From the NCBI RefSeq assembly GCF_964355755.1, contig NC_092678.1:16969881-17033880 (forward strand): DNA of 64,000 bases. Direction: 5' to 3'. The stretch's first letter is position 1. Every line of letters begins with the position of its first letter. Of the stretch, positions 25,501-40,500 are shown piece after piece. The translations under genes and the position numbers were made by a program. Origin of the DNA: Antedon mediterranea. Taxonomy: Eukaryota > Animalia > Echinodermata. Below the pieces are notes generated by a model. It was not told where the DNA came from and searched no databases. It saw only the letters and a list, made by a program, of their open reading frames with translations.

Positions 25501-28500
25501 TTGTTCATTCCGGATGATAACAAAAACACGTTTGGTTGATTATCTGAAAATTATGCAGTATGCAGTTGAGAGGTTATTTCATGACGGGGCAGAAATGTAG
25601 GCTAATAATAATTTGTTTTGCACAATGCATGGTTAATATTAAACATCTTTTTTTATGCGAGTCTTCCTTATTACTTTCATTTAAACGAAACACAATTAAG
25701 TCACCTATGTGCGCTCACTTTGCTTTTTCACTTTGCAATGTTATCGATAACTTTAAACGAAGGGAGCCAACCGAAGCGCACCCGCATCATTTGGACGCAA
25801 TCATAATGGGTTTTTGGACCGATGTCTTATTAACGTTCCCTTTTGTAATGAAAATTATGTATAAAGGGGTTTTTTTCGGACCGACATAAAAGTAATTCGA
25901 GATTCATGACATTTTTCGTTCTTTAATTTTTAAATGCCAAGGAGAACTAAAATTAGCAAAAGTATAGTCACGCGAGGGTTTATGAGTGCTATAGGATCAA
26001 GTACAGCACGTTAGTAAATCAGGAAAGGTATGGATGATTTGTATAATGATATTGTTTGTGCTCTATCTAGTGCCTCCAAAATGTGTTTTAAAAATAAGAA
26101 AATAAAAAATGGGACCCACATTCCAGGGTGGAATGAAAATGTCGCAGAATGCCATAATGTGGCTAGAGAATCATTCCTTCTATGGGTTAATAATGGAAAG
26201 CCTAAATCTGGTTCATTATTTGAGGCGATGCGTTTTAAATGACAAGATCTCAATTTAAAATGAGTTTACGCTAGTGTAAATCAGAAGAAGAACAGCATAG
26301 GGCTGATTCTATGGTTAAGTCTTTATTAAAAAATGATTATGCTGATTTGTGGAAAAGGTTTATAAGTCTAAATCATGTACTCCTGTTCTTACTTCTTCTT
26401 TCTTGGAAATTTAAGAAATACTTACAGAATCTTTGGATAATGTTAATGGTGAATATGATAATTATAAGTAAGATAGTAATAAGGATTATGTTCACAGTAT
26501 ACTTGTTAATTGTAATGATGATTGTGGTTGTGAGGTAAATGTCCAACAGGTAGCGGGCATTATTAAAGATTTATCTAGTGATAAATTGTTCCGATTTTAA
26601 AATCTAAATCAGGTGATATTACGAGTAAAAGCAATTAGGCCTATAGCTTTAGCTAGTGTGGTATCTAAGGTACTAGAATTTGTATTAATTAAATTCTCCG
26701 GAGATAGCCTTAAGTCATCTGACCATCAGTTTGCGTTTAAATCGGGTCACTCCACAGATACATGTATATTAGTCTTAAAACAAGTTGTTGCATTTTATAC
26801 TCGGCAAAATAGCCCTGTATATGCTTGCTTTCTTGATGCCTCTAAGGCATATGACAGATTAAATAACTGGACTCTTTTTTAAAAATTGTTAAACAGAAAG
26901 ATGCCAACCGCAATTGTAAAATTGTTATCGTGTTGGTACTCACAGCAACAGTTTTGTATTAAATGGGGAAGATCTATCTCCCGATGGTTCTATGTAAGAA
27001 ACGGAGTGCGACAGGGTGGAATCATGTATCCGTTACTGTATAATGTTTACATTTCCCAAGAACCAGTGGGAATATTAAAAGAAAGCCGATCACGCTTACT
27101 AACATCTTTTAAACGGAGTTTTGGACGACGATATCAAATGCCTGTTGCCACTGAATTGGACTGTGACTTTCATATCTTGTTTTTACGTGATATTAGGATT
27201 TATTGCTAAAAATCATATACAGTATAACCAAAGTTAAATATAAACTATGAAATATGAGTCTATGAAACATTTTAATTAACGCTTGAACTTTTTTTAAATT
27301 AATGTGATTGTAAATAGGGGCCTACCTGATTTGTATTAAAATGTTTCTATAATTATCAATTATTCCTTATATTCATCTGAATATAAAACAAAAGTCTACT
27401 TCCGAATTGGCAGGGTCGGAGTCACTATAATGTAATTAGCTACCCCATTTGGACGGAAAATAATAATAATAATAACGTTCAAATTACTAATATAATGTTC
27501 AGATACTTTAGTCTAATACCACCTCAGCCCGACCATGGGGTTGGTTAGAGCATTTTTTAGGAATATGGACATAGCTTAGATTGCTAGCAATTCCACTATT
27601 AACTCTTGATAATATCACAGATAAGTTTAAAGTTTTAAAAAACCGCTGATTATAGTTTCAAGCAATAAATAGATAGGACTGGACATGCCCTCTAGAGTAA
27701 AACTAGGTAAAACTATAGGAATCCATCCCAAAAACGTATTGGATTTGTTTCCGTTTAAAAAACTTTTCATTTACAATAATTTTTAGTTCATACATTAAAT
27801 GCCAAGGAAAACTAAATTTAGCAATATTATTTGTTTAGGAGTGCAAATAAAAGTGAAAACTATAGACAAGATGTAAAGTAGTCTAATGTACCGTTTCTTC
27901 GATAATCTTAATTTTACCTATACCTATACCTTTATTCAGACATTCCGGATTTTTAATCCTCTCAAAAATAATGTTAGCTAAAAGTAAGAGTGCATTGCCT
28001 GGTCTATATTCCTGAAAAAAGTTTTGTCGTCTCTCGATTTTATGATGCTGTGTCCGATTCTATAAATACGTTTTATATTAACACTGGCAGTATTTATCTA
28101 TATTAACGAACACATCCCTTTTTACTTTCCGTACGTTTGAACCTTCTGAACATAGTCTGGTTATACTGAGATTGTTTATCTAATTGAATTCGTATCATAT
28201 ATTACGTAATATTAGGATATATTGCTAAGAATCAAGAAGTAAATAATTGTTCGGGTTGAGTGCTATAGGATAGAATTACAGTTATGAAAAATGTAACGAA
28301 CAATACACTTTAGAAGTTGTTTAAATACCTATATTCGTGTCATTGATATTACACGATTGCATCATACATACATTAAAAGTTATGCTGGTGATTGTAAATG
28401 AAAGCTCTTTTAAATGGCAACCATATACCATACGTTTCTTATAGACCTAATCCGTTAGAAAATTAAAATACTTTTAAAACTTTTAATTTGCATCTCCTAT

Positions 28501-31500
28501 TTAGGCATCAAAACTTATTGTGTGTTGTCCCTTAGATGGAAACCAGGCAATCTAGCACAAAAAATAATTTCGTAATTATATACTGTAGGCCTAGTGTATA
28601 TATTAATATAAATCACTCGAATAATGACAATACAAGTTATTGCCTATTTCCTATCGAAGTTAAAAGTTCTTCTGTATGACTAAGATACAGTCACTAAAGG
28701 CAATATTGTATGTATGTTACAAGCCCGTACTTCATCATTCAACATAATTAATAATTTCGCCATGCAAACTTCGAAGTGTTTTTTTGTATACTTTACTAAG
28801 TACTTTCCATGTATTTTAAATAGTCAATTAAGCTAAGAATATAGAGCACCGTGTTTTTATAGGTTCAGCTTTTAAATCGGTAACGAGTCGGTGACAAACC
28901 GAACGGATCATCCAGGATTTCTGAAAAGTATGGCCAAGTGCGCTCCCTTTGCGCAGTATTATACGGAGGCGTGTCTATTTTTGTTTTCGTATCTAATGTT
29001 GGCTTTAAAAACATGTCGGCCCAAAACAATCGCTACACCTGGATCCGCCCCGTCGGAATATTGTCGATATAAAGTGATGGAGGTTCAGACGTTCTGTGGT
29101 ACATTTAAATTGTATTATTTGTATTCCCTCTTTAAACTTCATCTTAATTTCAATATAATGATATCAATTAAGTAATATTGTTTACTTAGAAGCGTGCCAG
29201 TTATTCAGCACTGAAGAAAACAAAATCAGAAAAATGTAAACACATGTTACCATGTTTTTTTAAAACATTAATAAAGCTAAGTGTGTTAATTAATGACATG
29301 TAAAGCACATTTTAGCATGAGGAAGTGAAAATATGGAGGGAAAGAAAACATAAAGTGTAGACACAGATATCACCTCACAAGCAATCTATTGCTGACCCAG
29401 TGTGAAGCTAGAAATCAAGAGTTGTTCCAGCTCCCCAATTATTGTGGTCCCTTTATTTATAAAACTTGAAAAGCAGAAAAAAGAGGAGGAGGTGTATGTT
29501 TGTTTGTTGGCAGACTATAACGCTTGTTCAGATTTTAAGTTAAGTTTATCTTACTGACGGATAACGCTAATAATGTACGTACCACAACATTAGGTAACCG
29601 ATACGTCACCATTATAACACGTGTGAATAAAGAACAAGTGCTATTCCACTGTACGGAAGGATAGCTACCCGATGCCTCTCATAATAATATTATTTTTCAT
29701 TCAATAACATATACTAATAATGATAATAATAATTTACTTTAAAACAAACGAAAGGTTGTAGTCAAGAAGCAGGAAACTGCATGTGCCTTTAGACATAAAC
29801 AGGTACCACCGTACGAGAATCGGGTGTCCAACGGACGAGTACCATGTGTGTATTTCGGAAACAAAGCTATTATAAAGTGTACAGATTTTACAGACTATGT
29901 CTACGACACATAATCTGTTGTATGACAAGAATTAATGAGTATGAGTCCGATAATTGTACAGAGCATCAAACAACTACATGTGGATTATTAAACATTTTGA
30001 CAAACATGGCGTTTCATACGTATGGTACGTGTACACACTGTATAGAAAACATCGAAACGCGACAACAGAAAAAAGACAATATTACAGAGACTTAGGACAA
30101 GTCTATACAGTATTAACATACAGTATTGAAATTGATGAAGCAAAAGCAGAAAATGCACCTTGATCTATGGTAGTTATATTTTTATAGGGTAAATACCTGC
30201 AAAAATTGAAAAAAAAAGACAAACATTTTAAACGGATTGATTTAAAACAATATTAATAATAATACTGTATAACAATACAATAAATAGATAACCACTACAT
30301 TTGTCTGCTATATTTCACAGTACAGTTATTTGTATTCAGCATTTCAGTGGGCAATTTAGACTTCGTTTGGCACTCGAAAAAATGTCAAATGAAAGGCAAG
30401 CTAATATTGCCATGAGGAGGTGCAAATCTGAGGGAAAGAAAATATAAAGTGTACAATTCCAAACAGATATCACCTCAACTTTATTTATAAAACTTGAAAA
30501 TCAGAAAAAAAGGGGAGAAGGTAGTGTATTATTTGTGGTTGTTGCCAGATGCCTAAACTCTAGAAAATGATAAATTAAGTTTATCTTACGGACGGATAAC
30601 GCTAATAATAACAATTATTAATTCATAGTTATGCTTTATAGCTTTTTGAGGTTTTTTTTCGTGCACTTAGAAGAACTTATTTAAAGTGCATTTTAAGTAT
30701 TGTTTTTCTTCTAGATTATTTCAGTCATCACAATAGTTAATGTTTGTTTTATTTGGAGGTTCAGACTTAAACACAAAGTACAAATGTATATAGTGCACTA
30801 TGCTGTGTGAAATAAAACTGAAACTGAATGTACATACCACCACATTAGGTAACCGATGCGCCCTCATTATGACGTTTTTTATAAGAGAAAGATACAAACC
30901 GTGTGTTGCGCGTGCGAATAAAGAACAAGTGCAGCTATTCCAACGTACGGAGGGAAAGATAACCAATGCCTCTCATAACAACATTTTTTTTCATTTAATA
31001 ATATTTACTAATAATGATAATAACAACTAGATTTGAACTCGTCTATGGACGAGTTAGGTTATCCACAGCGCAAACGCCACGTGCACGTCATACTTTAGAA
31101 TATTGCGCACAGAAAAACGATTATGGCATTGAAAAATTGTTAGTGTGCTCTCTATTTTGTGTCACGTCTAACTAATAGAGTATACTTTATATATCTGTAT
31201 ACGTACTACATACAGTGCAGAATAGTTGAAAATACCTGGACCCGTTTTTTCATCCAATTTTTACCATGATGATGTCATCAAAATGAAACACATAGATAGC
31301 AATCTTGGAAGGAAATTATCTGAGCAACAACATATCGTGTTGAATAAATTTGGATACGTAGAATACGGAAGCGCGCCCTTTTAAATGTCATGAACTATGA
31401 CGCAAAATATGAAATTACGACTTTTATAATTGAACTGGCCATATGATGACGTCACAACATCCGATTCGCATAATTTGTACATGATTTCCAGCTTCCAGAA

Positions 31501-34500
31501 AACGTTTTAATCATGTGTATCACTTTTTATTCTGAGGAGCTATAATATATTTAAATTTATTGGAATGATGAAAAAAAGTGATCAAAGTTATTCACGCTTT
31601 TGTACATGATGAAGTCATCACAATTTTAAAAATTGTAAATCATGCGAAAGATAATTGATTGACCTAGACAATATAAAAAAAATGGTGGGAAATGGAATAT
31701 GGATAAGTGGAGATGCGTTCTATTAAATGTGAGGAGCTATGACAAAAGAGACAAAAATCCTTTATTTTATATTCGAGTGGCCATACGATGATGTCACAAT
31801 GTCTAGTTAGCCATATTGATACATGATCCGATATCAACAACTCATCTACTTCCAGAATATGTTAAAAAATAAACTTCACCATGTAGTTTAGAAACTATGA
31901 CTGTTTAAAAAAGGCATAAATATGACGATTTATTATACTTTTTCAGCAAAAACGAGCGCAAATTGTCCAATTCGACGTGCTCGTATGACGTGATTTTAAG
32001 TCGAAATTGTTTGAAAGCTGGTAAAATTACTAGAAAATGCTGGAAAAACATAAATCACGCTAAAAAAATAACATTTACTAATAATGATAATAATAATTAT
32101 ACGAATAGGGCAAAGGGTAAAAAATAAAATAATATGACAATAAGTGTGGTTTTATTACAACGAAAATATACTATTTTCAAAAGTATGATAAACAAGAGAA
32201 AGCACTCACAGTATTGTCAATGATTTCAAACCATCAAAGACGTTTTCTGGTAATGTAGTTATTTGGTTACTGGACAACGATCTGAAAACCGTGAAAATGC
32301 AATACATAAGTTTAGTTTTGGATGAATATTCTGTCTTTGCAAAGGATAAAAAATGAAATGATGTGACAATAAGTGTGGTTTTATAACAACAAAAATATAC
32401 TATTTTCAAAAGTATTATAAACAAGTGAAATATTCGAACACATTTGCTGGTAATGTTGTTATTTGGTTATTGGCCAACCACCTGAAAATTGTGAAAAATG
32501 TAATAAATACTATATACAGTACCAAGGGATAGGATGATAAAACATTATATATTTTATATATAATTTAGAAAAACAAACAAAACATAACAATACATATCTT
32601 ATTGTGCCAGCAGAGGTCAAGTCCAATTAGGCGTGTCACTCCAGAAATGAAACCATTACAAGGTATATACAAGGACATACTAATACTTGTTTAATGTTAC
32701 TTTAGCTCGTATTATCATTATTTGCATGTTTTAACTGTTTTTCATTAACTTCTTCTACAGGATATATAATTATGTTTTATCTGTATTTTACTGTAATCAT
32801 GTTGTACTTTGCATATCATATGATGACATAGATCAATATCTACGATACAATACAACCGTTAAATGACGATGATCCATGTGTTCTGCTATATTTTTACGTT
32901 TTGTTATGGCCGCCGATGGTGCTACAGTAAACAATAAACAATGCCAAATAGAAAAACTCAAAAAGAGCAAAAAGAAAGATATTACATTTGAACGTATTAC
33001 GCATGAAACAGACATATTTCATTGAAGTATTAATTCCTAAAATAAAATAATTGTTTTTATGAGGAAAAGAGTTAAACTGACGTTTTCATGAGAGGAAGAT
33101 ATATAATATTTGTTCCTCATGCAAAATAAGCTTATTACAACACTATTACACTAAAGCATAAAGTTACACTTAACTGTGCTTTAAAATAAACATAATTTAA
33201 AGCATTACACAGTATAGGCCAATAGTTCACCCGATAACAATTTCTGATTTGTCCAAATTTTTTTTTTTAAATCTGACAAATATAAACATGAAGAAATAAA
33301 AAAACATGTCGTTAATATACATCAGACTTAAGAATAATGACATCAATTTTCGATAATCATAAGGACGAGTTCTCTCATTTGTGCCCATGGAATTGATATT
33401 TCCTAAGTTCACCTAACTACGGAGGAATAACGCATTTATATTTATATAATGACTACATTAATCATAATATTTAATGATGCTGTGTTATCGAATTTTCTAT
33501 GTTACTGGAGAAATCGGGATACAGTACCGATAATCAGGTGTGTTAGACCAGAATACGTTACTCCGGCTTAAAATGGAGGTATTTGCTTTAACCACGTTCT
33601 GAAATGTGTCTGTAAGATTATGTTAGGCAAAAAAAACACCTTGTATGCCTTAGCAGCCTGGTCTAGAGACCTATGTATTGCCTTCGCTAAATCCTTTCTT
33701 AAACTTGTTCCCACTTATACCTTCTGGAGGAATGTTATCCATCGATATAACCCTAATATACTGCTGATTGGATTCGTCATTTTATAATTGTAACACAATG
33801 TGTCATAAGAACTGTTCGTTATACCATGGTAGTATGTGGTACAATTAATTAAAGAATTATATGATTTGTAAATAGTTTACACAAAGTGCAACACAGTGTG
33901 ACGTATTATCTGCTACAATATCTAATGATTAGGCCTACACATTTTTAATAATTATGTAAATTCTCATTTAATAAACCACTTATAATAACAAATTACCGTA
34001 TTAAACGTACAAATCAAAGTATACAAACAATAAGTATATACAGTACCAACGGAAATTACGATACAAAAGTATCTATTTATTAATTTCGAAAAAAAAAAAT
34101 AATAACAACAAATTATCTATATTGTGCCAACAGAGGCCAAAAAGACTTATGTCCAATTAGGCGTGTCACTCTGACAGTGAAACAATTACAAGGTATAATT
34201 GATATAATACTAATTTAATGTTACTTTATCTCGTATTATCATTTCATGTTTTAGCTGTTTTTCATTAACTGTCTTTGCATGATTATAACAATGTTTTATC
34301 TAGATTGACTGTAATCATGTTGTACTTTCCATATCATATGATTTCTCGTATTATCATTATTTGCATGTTTTAGCTGTTTTTCATATGATTTCTAGATGTA
34401 TTTCAATATCTACGATACAATACAACCGTTAAATGACGATGATCCATGTATTCTGCTATATTTTTATTTGTCATTATGGCCGCCGATGGTGCTACAGTAA

Positions 34501-37500
34501 CTGAATTAAAGAGACAAAACAATGGCAAAATAGAAAAACTCAAAAAGAGCAAAAAGAAAGATATTATATTTGAACGTATTACACATGAAACAGACATATT
34601 TCATAGAAGTATTAATTCCTAAAACAAAATAATTGTTTTTATGTTTAACTCTATGCCTCATAGAGTTAAACTGACGTTTTCATGAGAGGAAGATATATAC
34701 TATTTGTTCCACGTGCACAATAAGCTTATAAAACTATTGCAGATTATACGTGAATCGGTAACGAGTCGGTGACAAACCGAACGGATCATCCAGGAGTTCT
34801 GAAACGTCTGGCCAAGTGCGCTCTCTTTGCGCAGTATTATACGGAGGTGTGTCTATTTTTATTTTCGTATCTAATTTTGGCTTTAAAAACATGTCAGCCC
34901 AAAACAATCGCTACCACTGGATCCGCCCCGTCGGAATATTGTCGATATAAAATGATGGAGGTTCAGACGTTCTGTAGTACATTTAAATTGTATTATTTGT
35001 ATTCCCTCTTTAAACTTCATCTTAATTTCAATATAATAATATCAATTAAGTAATATTGTTTACTTAGAAGTATGCCAGTTATTCAGCACTTAAGAAAACA
35101 AAATCAGAAAAATGTAAACACATGTTACCAGGTTTTTTTAAAACATTAATACAGCTAAGTGTGTTAATTAATTAGATGTAAAGCACATTTTAGCATGAAG
35201 AAGTGAAAATATGGAGGGAAAGAAAACATAAAGTGTAGACACAGATATCACCTCACAAGCAATCTATTGCTGACCCAGTGTGAAGCCAGTAGTCAAGAGT
35301 TGTTCCTGCTCCCCAATTATTGTGGTCCCTTTATTTATAAAACTTGAAAAGCAGAAAAAAGAGGAGGAGGTGTATGTTTGTTTGTTGGCAGACTATAACG
35401 CTGGTTCAGATTTTAAGTTAAGTTTATCTTACGGACGGATAACGCTAATAATGTACGTACCACAACATTAGGTAATCGATGCGCCCCCATTATGACACGT
35501 GTGAATAAAGAACAAGTGCTATTCCACTGTACGGAAGGATAGCTACCCGATGCCTCTCATAATAATATTATTTTTCATTCAATAACATATATTAATAACG
35601 ATAATAATAATTTACTTTAAAACAAACGAAAGGTTGTAGTCAAGAGGCAGGAAACTGCAGGTGTTGTTTATTGCCTTTAGACATGAACAGGTACCACCGT
35701 ACGAGAATCGGGTGTCCAACGGACGAGTACCATGTGTGTATATCGGGAACAAAGCTATTATAAAGTGTACAGATTTTACAGACTATGTCTACGACACATA
35801 ATCTGTTGTATGACAAGAATTAATGAATTATGAGTCTGATAACTGTACAGAGCATCAAACAACTACATGTGGATTATTAAACATTTTGACAAACATGGCG
35901 TTTCATACGTATGGTACGTGTACACACTGTATATAAAACATCGAAACGCGACAACAGAAAAAAGACAATAACAGAGACTTGGGACAAGTGAGGGCGTGTG
36001 GCGCAGTGTGTTGGACGTTGGACTACCGATCGTCAGACCTAGGTTCGAATCCAACTCTCGCCGCATTGCTTGTATCCGTAGGCAAGATACTTTACTTACG
36101 TTGCCTCTCTCCACCCAGGTGTATAAATGGGTACCCAGTTAGATCTAGACACAACTGCGCTGGTTACCGGCTGCATTATGGGAGGATGTTTCCATACGTG
36201 TTTGATCCCAAAAAATACTGGGGTAATAATGCTTGTAAAGCGCCTTTGAGCATGATTACTCATGAAAAGGGCGCTATATAAATCTGGTATTATTATTATT
36301 ATAAGTCTATAAAGTATTAACTTACAGTATTGAAAGTGATGAAGCAAAAGCAGAAAATGCACCTTGATCTATGGTAGTTATAGCGTTACCATATAAGTAC
36401 CTGCAAATATTGAAAAAAAAGACACACATTTCAAATTATTAATAATAATACTGTACAACAATACAATAAATAGATAACCACTACATTTGTCTGCTATATT
36501 TCACAGTACAGTTATTTGTATTCAGCATTTCAGTGGGCGATTTAGACTTCGTTTGGCACTCGAAACAATGTCAAATGAAAGGCAGGCTAATTTTTGCCAT
36601 TGTGTACAATTCCAAACAGATATCACCTCAACTTTATTTATAAAACTTGAAAATCAGAAAAAAAGGGGAGAAGGTAGTGTATTATTTGTGGTTGTTGCCA
36701 GATGCCTAAACTCTAGAAAATGATAAATTAAGTTTATCTTACGGACGGATAACGCTAATAATAACAATTATTAATTCATAGTTATGCTTTATAGCTTTTT
36801 GAGGTTTTTTTTTGTGCACTTAGAAGAACTTATTTAAAGTGCATTTTAAGTATTGTTTTTCTTCTAGATTATTTCAGTCATCACAATAGTTAATATTTGT
36901 TTTATTTGGAGGTTCAGACTTAAACACAAAGTACAAATGTATATAGTGCACTATGCTGTGTGAATTAAAACTGAAACACAAAACCACCACATTAGGTAAC
37001 CGATGCGCCCTCATTATGACGTTTTTTTATAAGAGAAAGATACAAACCATGTGTTGCGCGTGCGAATAAAGAACAAGTGCAGCTATTCCAATGTACGGAG
37101 GGAAAGATAACCAATGCCTCTCATAAAAACATTATTTTTCACTTAATAATATTTACTAATAATGATAATAACAAGACGAGTTAGGTTATCCGCAGCGCAA
37201 ATGCCACGTGCACGTCATACTTTAGAATATTGAGCACAGAAAAACGATTATGCCATTGAAAAAATGTTAGTGTGGTCTCTATTTTGTGTCACGTCTAAGT
37301 ATATAGAGTATACACTATATATCTGTATACGTACTACTTACAGTGCAGAATAGGTGAAAATACCGGGACCCGCTTTTTCATCCAATGTTTACCATGATGA
37401 TGTCATCAAAACGAAACACGTAGATAGCAATTTTGGAAGGAAATTATCCGAGCAACAACATATCAACGTGTTGAATAAATTTGGATACGTATAATACGGA

Positions 37501-40500
37501 AGTGCGCTCTTTTAAATGTCATGAACTATGACGCAAAATATGAAATTACGACTGTTATAATTGAACTGGCCATATGATGACGTCACAACATTCGATTTGC
37601 ATAATTTGTACATGAATTCCTATTGTACAATTCAACAGTTTCCAGAAAACGTTTTAATCATGAGTATCACTTTTTATTCTGAGGAGCTATAATACATTTA
37701 AATTTATTGGAATGATGAAAAAAAGTGACCAAAGTCATTCACGCGTTTGAACATGATGAAGTCATCACAATTTTAAAAATGGTAAATCATGCGAAAGATA
37801 ATTGATTGACCTAGACAATATAAACATATGGGGGAAAATGGAATATGGATAAGTGGAGATGCGCTCTATTAAATGTGATGAGCTATACAAAAGAGACACA
37901 AATCCTATATTTTATATTCGAGTGGCCATACGATGACGTCACAATGTCTAGTTAGCCATATTGATACATGATCCGATATCAACAACTCATCTACTTCCAG
38001 AATATGTAAAAAAAAACTTCACCATGTAGTTTAGAAACTATGACTTTTGAAAAAAAGTCATAATTTTGACGATTTTTTTACTTTTTCATAAAAAACGGGC
38101 GCAAATTGTCCAATTCGACGTGCTCGTATGACGTGATTTTAAGTCGAAATTATTTGAAAGCTTGGAAAATTACTAGAAAAGGCTGAAAAAACATAAATCA
38201 CGCAAAAAAAATAACATTTACTAATAATGATAATAATAATTATACGAATAGGGCAAAGGTAAAAAATAAAATGATGTGACAATAAATGTGGTTATCTTAC
38301 AACGAAAATATACTATTTTCAAAAGTATGATAAACAAGAGCAAACACTCTCAGTTCTGTCAATGATGTCAAAACATCAAACACATTTGCTGTTAATGTAG
38401 TTATTTGGTTATTGTACAAGTACCTGAAAACCGTGAAAAAATTCAATAAATAAGTATAGTATATATACAGTACCAAAGAATAGTACGATAAAAATGATCT
38501 ATTTTATTAATTTAGAAATACTTTCCATATCATGATTTCTGGATGTAGATGTGTTCTGCTATATTTTTACGTTTGATATAATATGATAGAGGTTCCGACG
38601 TTCTGTGGTATATTTATTATTGTTTTATTTGTATGATCCCTGTAAACTTCATCTTAATTTCAAATATAATAATATCAATAAAGTAATATTGTTTACTTAA
38701 GCGTGATTCCCACTAGAACGCAACGCAACGTAGCGACGTGTCGACGCAAACTGCTGTATTGCGTAATCACAAATGGGAACCGACGACGCTACAATGCTGC
38801 AAAGCCGCAGGTTTGATTTCACGCAGGCGAGGGAAAACACAATTATCGGAAGGGCATTTTCTTACGCTGCGTAGGTTGCGTTACGTTGCGTCGCTAGAAG
38901 TTAGAAGAGTGCCAGTTATTCAGCACTGAAGAAAACAAAATAAGAAAAAATGTAAACACATGTTACCAGGTTTTTTTAAAACAATTATAAAGCTAAGTGT
39001 GTTAATTAATGAGATGTAAGCACATTTTAGCATGAGGAAGTGAAAATATGGAGGGAGAGAAAACATAAAGTGTAGACACAGATATCACCTCACAAGCAAT
39101 CTATTGCTGACCCAGTGTGAAGGCCGAAATCAAGAGTTGTTCCTGCTCCCCAATTATTGTGGTCCCTTTATTTATAAAACTTGAAAAGCAGAAAAAAGAG
39201 GAGGAGGAGGTGTATGTTTGTTTGTTGCCAGATGCCTATAAAGCTGGTTCAGAGTTTAAGTTATGTTTATCTTACGGACGGATAACGCTAATAATGTACG
39301 TACCACAACATTAGGTAACCGATACGCCCCCATTATGATACGTGCGAATAAAGAAAAAGTGCTATTCCACTGTACGTAGGGATAGCTACCCGATGCCTCT
39401 CATAATAATATTATTTTTTATTCAATAACATTTAATAATAATGATAATAATAATTTACTTTAAAACAAACGAATACAAGTAGGCCTCATTACACACAATA
39501 CAACTACAAACATGAGCTTGTGTTAAAAGAAAGGTTTAGGGATCAATCATAATCAAACAAAAACGGGCATATTATATTATTTTAGTTTTGGATGAATATT
39601 CTGTCTTTGCAAAGAGTAAAAAATGAAATGATGTGACAATAAGTGTGGTTATCTTACAACGAAAATATATTATTTTCAAAAGTATGATAAACAATAGAAA
39701 GCACTCACAGCCCTGTCAATGATGTCAAACCATCAAACACGTTTTCTGATATTGTAGTTATTTTGTTACTTTCCAACCATCTGAAAATTGTGAAAAAATG
39801 CATTAAATAAGTAGCCTATATAAATACAGTACCAAATGATAATACGAAAAAAAAAAAATTATTTTTTAAATTTGTATATACAAAAAAATATAACAACAAA
39901 TATCTTATTGTGCAAACAGAGGCCAAAAAAAGCTTATGTCTATTAGGCGTGTCACTCCAGCAGTGAAAACATTACAGGGTAGGCCTATATACAAGGACAT
40001 AAAAATGTTTGTTTAATGTTACTTTAGCTCGTATTATCATTAGTTGCATGTTTTAGCTGTTTTTCTTTAACTGCTTTTACATGATATAACTATGTTTTAT
40101 CTAGATTTACTGTAAATATGTTGTAATTTCTTTAATATCTACGATACAATACAACCGTTAAATGACGATGATCCATGTATTCTGCTATATTTTCATTTTT
40201 CATTATGGCCGCCGATATTGCTACAGTAACTGAATTAAATAGTCTTGAGTTCGCATAAACAATGTCAAAATAGAAAAAATCAAAAAGAGCAAAACGAAAG
40301 ATATTACATTTGATCGTATTACACATGAAACAGACATATTCCGTAGAAGTATTAATTCCTACAATAAAATAATTGTTTTTATGAGGCATAGCGTTAAACT
40401 GACGTTTTCATGAGAGGAAGATATAAAATATTTGTTCCTCGTGCACAATAAGCTTATTACAACACTATTACACTAAAGCATAAAGTTACACTTAACTGTG

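Noticed and set aside
29185-29215. Strong minus-strand acceptor (ttcttcag) repeated in four units as an extra exon
   Set aside because: Following sequence has no LRR pattern, meets early stops and has no consistent donor
35990-36062. tRNA gene
   Set aside because: The A and B boxes are the head of a SINE, followed by a SINE core and tail and absent from paralogous units
32210-39780. True orthology to lamprey VLR
   Set aside because: Similarity is to the generic 24-aa LRR consensus; cassettes are spliced exons, and there is no VLR-type LRRCT or stalk, so only analogy is claimed
28891-40389. Repeated short ORFs (MTNRTDHP.., MSVSCVIRS.., MKPVVKSC.., MNESDNC..) as a small-protein family
   Set aside because: They recur only because the intron units are duplicated; frames and stops differ between copies and no domains are recognisable
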